The notes beneath the pieces were generated by a model. The model was given only the letters and a program-made list of their open reading frames with translations, had not been told where the DNA came from and searched no databases. A stretch of 64,000 bases of DNA, taken from Nitrospirota bacterium. GTDB taxonomy: Bacteria; Nitrospirota; Nitrospiria; Nitrospirales; NS-4. Below, in pieces: positions 61,709-64,000 of this stretch (position 1 is its first letter; every line of letters begins with the position of its first letter). Location: assembly GCA_963788195.1 (NCBI GenBank), contig CAWBGA010000013.1:96001-160000 (forward strand), written 5' to 3'. The translations under genes and the position numbers were made by a program.

Positions 61709-62164
61709 ATGAACGCCATGACACGTTGGGATCCATTTAAAGAGCTGGATGAATTGCAAAGCCGCCTGTCCACATTGTTCGGCCGCTCACCGGTTAGGAA
61801 AAACGGCGAGAAGGACGAGTTGATGACGGTGGCGGAATGGGCGCCGCTGGTTGACATTGTCGAAGACGAACACGAATATCTCATCAAGGCTGAGCTTCCG
61901 GAGGTGAAAAAAGAAGAGGTGAAAGTGACGGTGCAGGACGGCGTGCTCTCTCTCGCCGGCGAGCGGAAGTTTGTCAAGGAAGAGAAAGACAAGAAATATC
62001 ACAGGCTGGAGCGAGCGTACGGAAGTTTTGTCCGGACCTTTAGTCTTCCTGAAGATGCCGACGAGAATAAAGTCACGGCAGACTTTAAGGAGGGAATACT
62101 GCAGGTCCATCTGCCGAAGTCCGAGAAGGCACGGCCCAGGAATATCGAAGTCCAAATTGCGTAA
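61709..62164 (+). CDS. Hsp20/alpha-crystallin small heat shock protein
   Basis: RWDPFKEL, WAPLVDI, AELPEV, ERAYGSFVRTFSLP, EGILQVHLPK. Confidence 0.95.
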   Translation: MNAMTRWDPFKELDELQSRLSTLFGRSPVRKNGEKDELMTVAEWAPLVDIVEDEHEYLIKAELPEVKKEEVKVTVQDGVLSLAGERKFVKEEKDKKYHRLERAYGSFVRTFSLPEDADENKVTADFKEGILQVHLPKSEKARPRNIEVQIA

Positions 62165-62184
62165 GCGACTTGGCGGGGTGAATC

Positions 62185-62212
62185 ACCGGCCGTCATATAG
62201 GCGGCCGGTTTT
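62185..62212 (+). terminator. Probable intrinsic terminator after hsp20
   Basis: ACCGGCCGTC/GGCGGCCGGT stem followed by a short T-run, between convergent genes. Confidence 0.5.
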
Positions 62213-62261
62213 CCGCCCTTGGGGGAGAGGTCCTCGGTCTTGACTACTGTGCCGGTCGTCG

Positions 62262-62606
62262 TCAGGCGGATAAATCATCCTGTGCTTCCGTCGGAGCATC
62301 GCTTGCCGACTCCATCTCTTCCATCATGTCGCCGTCCAAGTCTTCGCCCATTTCACCCGCCATGGTCTTCATCCATCGCGCCATGCTCTGGGGGTCATTT
62401 TCGTCAAGGCCGCCTAGTGCCGCGGGATCTCCTAAGCGTTCCATCCGGCTTTGCTCCGATTTTGGCGTCACGACCCTGGAAATGAGACGCGTGAGGCGAC
62501 TACTGTGACAAAAGCGGCAGGTCCCGAGGGTTGGGTTGCTGATGCTTCTGATAAAGAGGCTCATCTGTTTTTGACAGTCGTCGCAGCGATATTCATAGAT
62601 CGGCAT
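62262..62606 (-). CDS. FmdB-family zinc-ribbon protein
   Basis: MPIYEYRCDDC...CRFC..SRLTRLISR. Confidence 0.85.
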   Translation of the reverse strand: MPIYEYRCDDCQKQMSLFIRSISNPTLGTCRFCHSSRLTRLISRVVTPKSEQSRMERLGDPAALGGLDENDPQSMARWMKTMAGEMGEDLDGDMMEEMESASDAPTEAQDDLSA

Positions 62607-62701
62607 AATACTCCGTAGGCCTCGCTGTCCCTCTCGTGGTAGGATTCTTAGGCGACTTCGTACCGTTGTCGCTATGATAACTCTAGGAGCGCAGCCGAGC
62701 A

Positions 62702-63061
62702 ATGGACATTCGCACTGAAAGCCGTAACCTCACGATGACCCCCCGGTGGCAACAGGAAATTGAATCGCGTTTACACGACCTGCAAAACGGGCATGAGGAT
62801 ATTCTCCATGCGCGAATGATTTTAGAGAAGAACCGTCACCATAAAAAAGGCCCTCGAATTGCCGCAGCTCGCCTGATATGTAATGTCCGCGGGGCGACGT
62901 TTACCGCCAGCAAAACCGAAAAGACATTTGAAGAGGCCATCCGCGCGACTTTTCTGGCCATGAAAGAGGAACTTCAGAGTTACCGCGAAAAGCGCAAAAC
63001 CCGGGCGAGGACTGAATCAGCCAGACGGGCGCCATTACGCTCCAAACGGTCGGTGGCTTGA
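62702..63061 (+). CDS. HPF/RaiA-family ribosome-associated protein
   Basis: MDIRTESRNLTMTP, ILHARMIL, ASKTEKTFEEAIRATF pattern; about 120 aa. Confidence 0.65.
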   Translation: MDIRTESRNLTMTPRWQQEIESRLHDLQNGHEDILHARMILEKNRHHKKGPRIAAARLICNVRGATFTASKTEKTFEEAIRATFLAMKEELQSYREKRKTRARTESARRAPLRSKRSVA

Positions 63062-63209
63062 ATGCGAGTCGGCCGTCTAACGAGCCAAATTCTCCTGATT
63101 TCGCGTGGTCTTCCGAGCGCTCGTGTTCTTGACACCCCCGTCCCTGTATGATAACTTGTCCCAGTTTTATTCCATCCTTCTTTCCCCGAGATGTAAGGAG
63201 ACCCGTGGC

Positions 63210-64000
63210 ATGCTGAAACGCTATCTCTTGGCCCCCGGGCCAACGCAAGTTCCTCCTGAAGTGTTGTTGGCCATGGCGCACCCGATGATTCATCATCGCG
63301 CTCCTGAGTTCGCCACGCTGTTTGGGGAAATCCGAGACGGCCTCAAGTGGCTCTTTCAGACCCAAGCGGAGGTTCTGACGCTGGTATCCAGCGGCACCGG
63401 CGGCATGGAAGCGGCGGTCTCGAACTTTCTGTCTCCCGGAGATAAGGCGCTCTACGTAAATGGGGGCAAATTCGGCGAGCGGTGGGGGAAGCTGTGTCAG
63501 ACCTTCGGCGTGCAGGCGACGGAGATCAAAGTCGAATGGGGACAGGCCGTGGACCCGCAAGCGATCGCCGACGCGCTCAAACGGGATTCCTCAATCAAAG
63601 CGGTGTATGTGCAGGCCAGCGAGACTTCGACAGGCGTGGCGCATGATACGCGTGCGATTGCGGAGATCGTGCGCAACCGATGAACAGACGATCTTGGTCG
63701 TGGATGCCATCACCGCGTTGGGCGTCTTTGATCTGAAGACCGACGAATGGGGGATTGATGTGCTGATCGCCGGCTCGCAGAAGGCTCTGATGCTGCCGCC
63801 TGGCCTGGCGTTTGTCAGCGTGAGCGAGAAAGCGTGGCGTCTGGCCGACAAAGCAAAAAATGCCGCATTTTATTTCAATCTCAAGAAGGAACGGGACGCG
63901 CAGAAGAAGAACCAGACAGCCTACACGGCCGGCGTGTCTTTAATGATCGGCTTGAAAGAAGTGCTGAAGATGTTGAAGACCGAGGGGCTGGGCAATGTAT
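63210..64000 (+). CDS. Class V aminotransferase (alanine-glyoxylate/phosphoserine type); frameshift near 63680, runs off the window
   Basis: LLAPGPT, HHRAPEF, SGTGGMEAA, GKFGERW, SETSTG, VDAITA, GSQKALMLPPGL. Confidence 0.9.

Overview
This is a GC-rich bacterial chromosome segment. Gene content and order suggest Nitrospirota (an inference, not verified). Core blocks: the 3' end of xerD; tRNA-Val and tRNA-Asp; a tol-pal cluster with two CpoB-like proteins; mutL-miaA-mtnP-pfkB-pilW-rodZ-cdd; a minus-strand ubiquitin-like sulfur-relay cluster (ThiS, CysK, MoeB, ThrC-like, MoaD, NIL, MoeB, JAB); pilBCSR; ispE-prs-rplY-pth-ychF-rpsF-ssb-rpsR; the plsX/fab operon; rnc; two cyclophilins; and hsp20. 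An accessory stretch at about 14.6-33.8 kb holds an RND-MFP-USP-TolC efflux operon, three lipoprotein genes, a porin-modABC-TOBE molybdate module and an ars operon. About 15 genes, several of them housekeeping genes, are split by small indels, most likely long-read errors. The most striking unexplained signal is a family of intergenic hairpin repeats at five sites. They share an invariant TGTCTTGGCA core, have at least five different but perfectly complementary stems, carry G-quadruplex-type tails, and always lie on the sense strand of the upstream gene. One associated inverted-repeat element supplies the stop codon and part of a 40-aa tail on a ubiquitin-like MoaD protein. No CRISPR array, transposase or phage integrase was seen.
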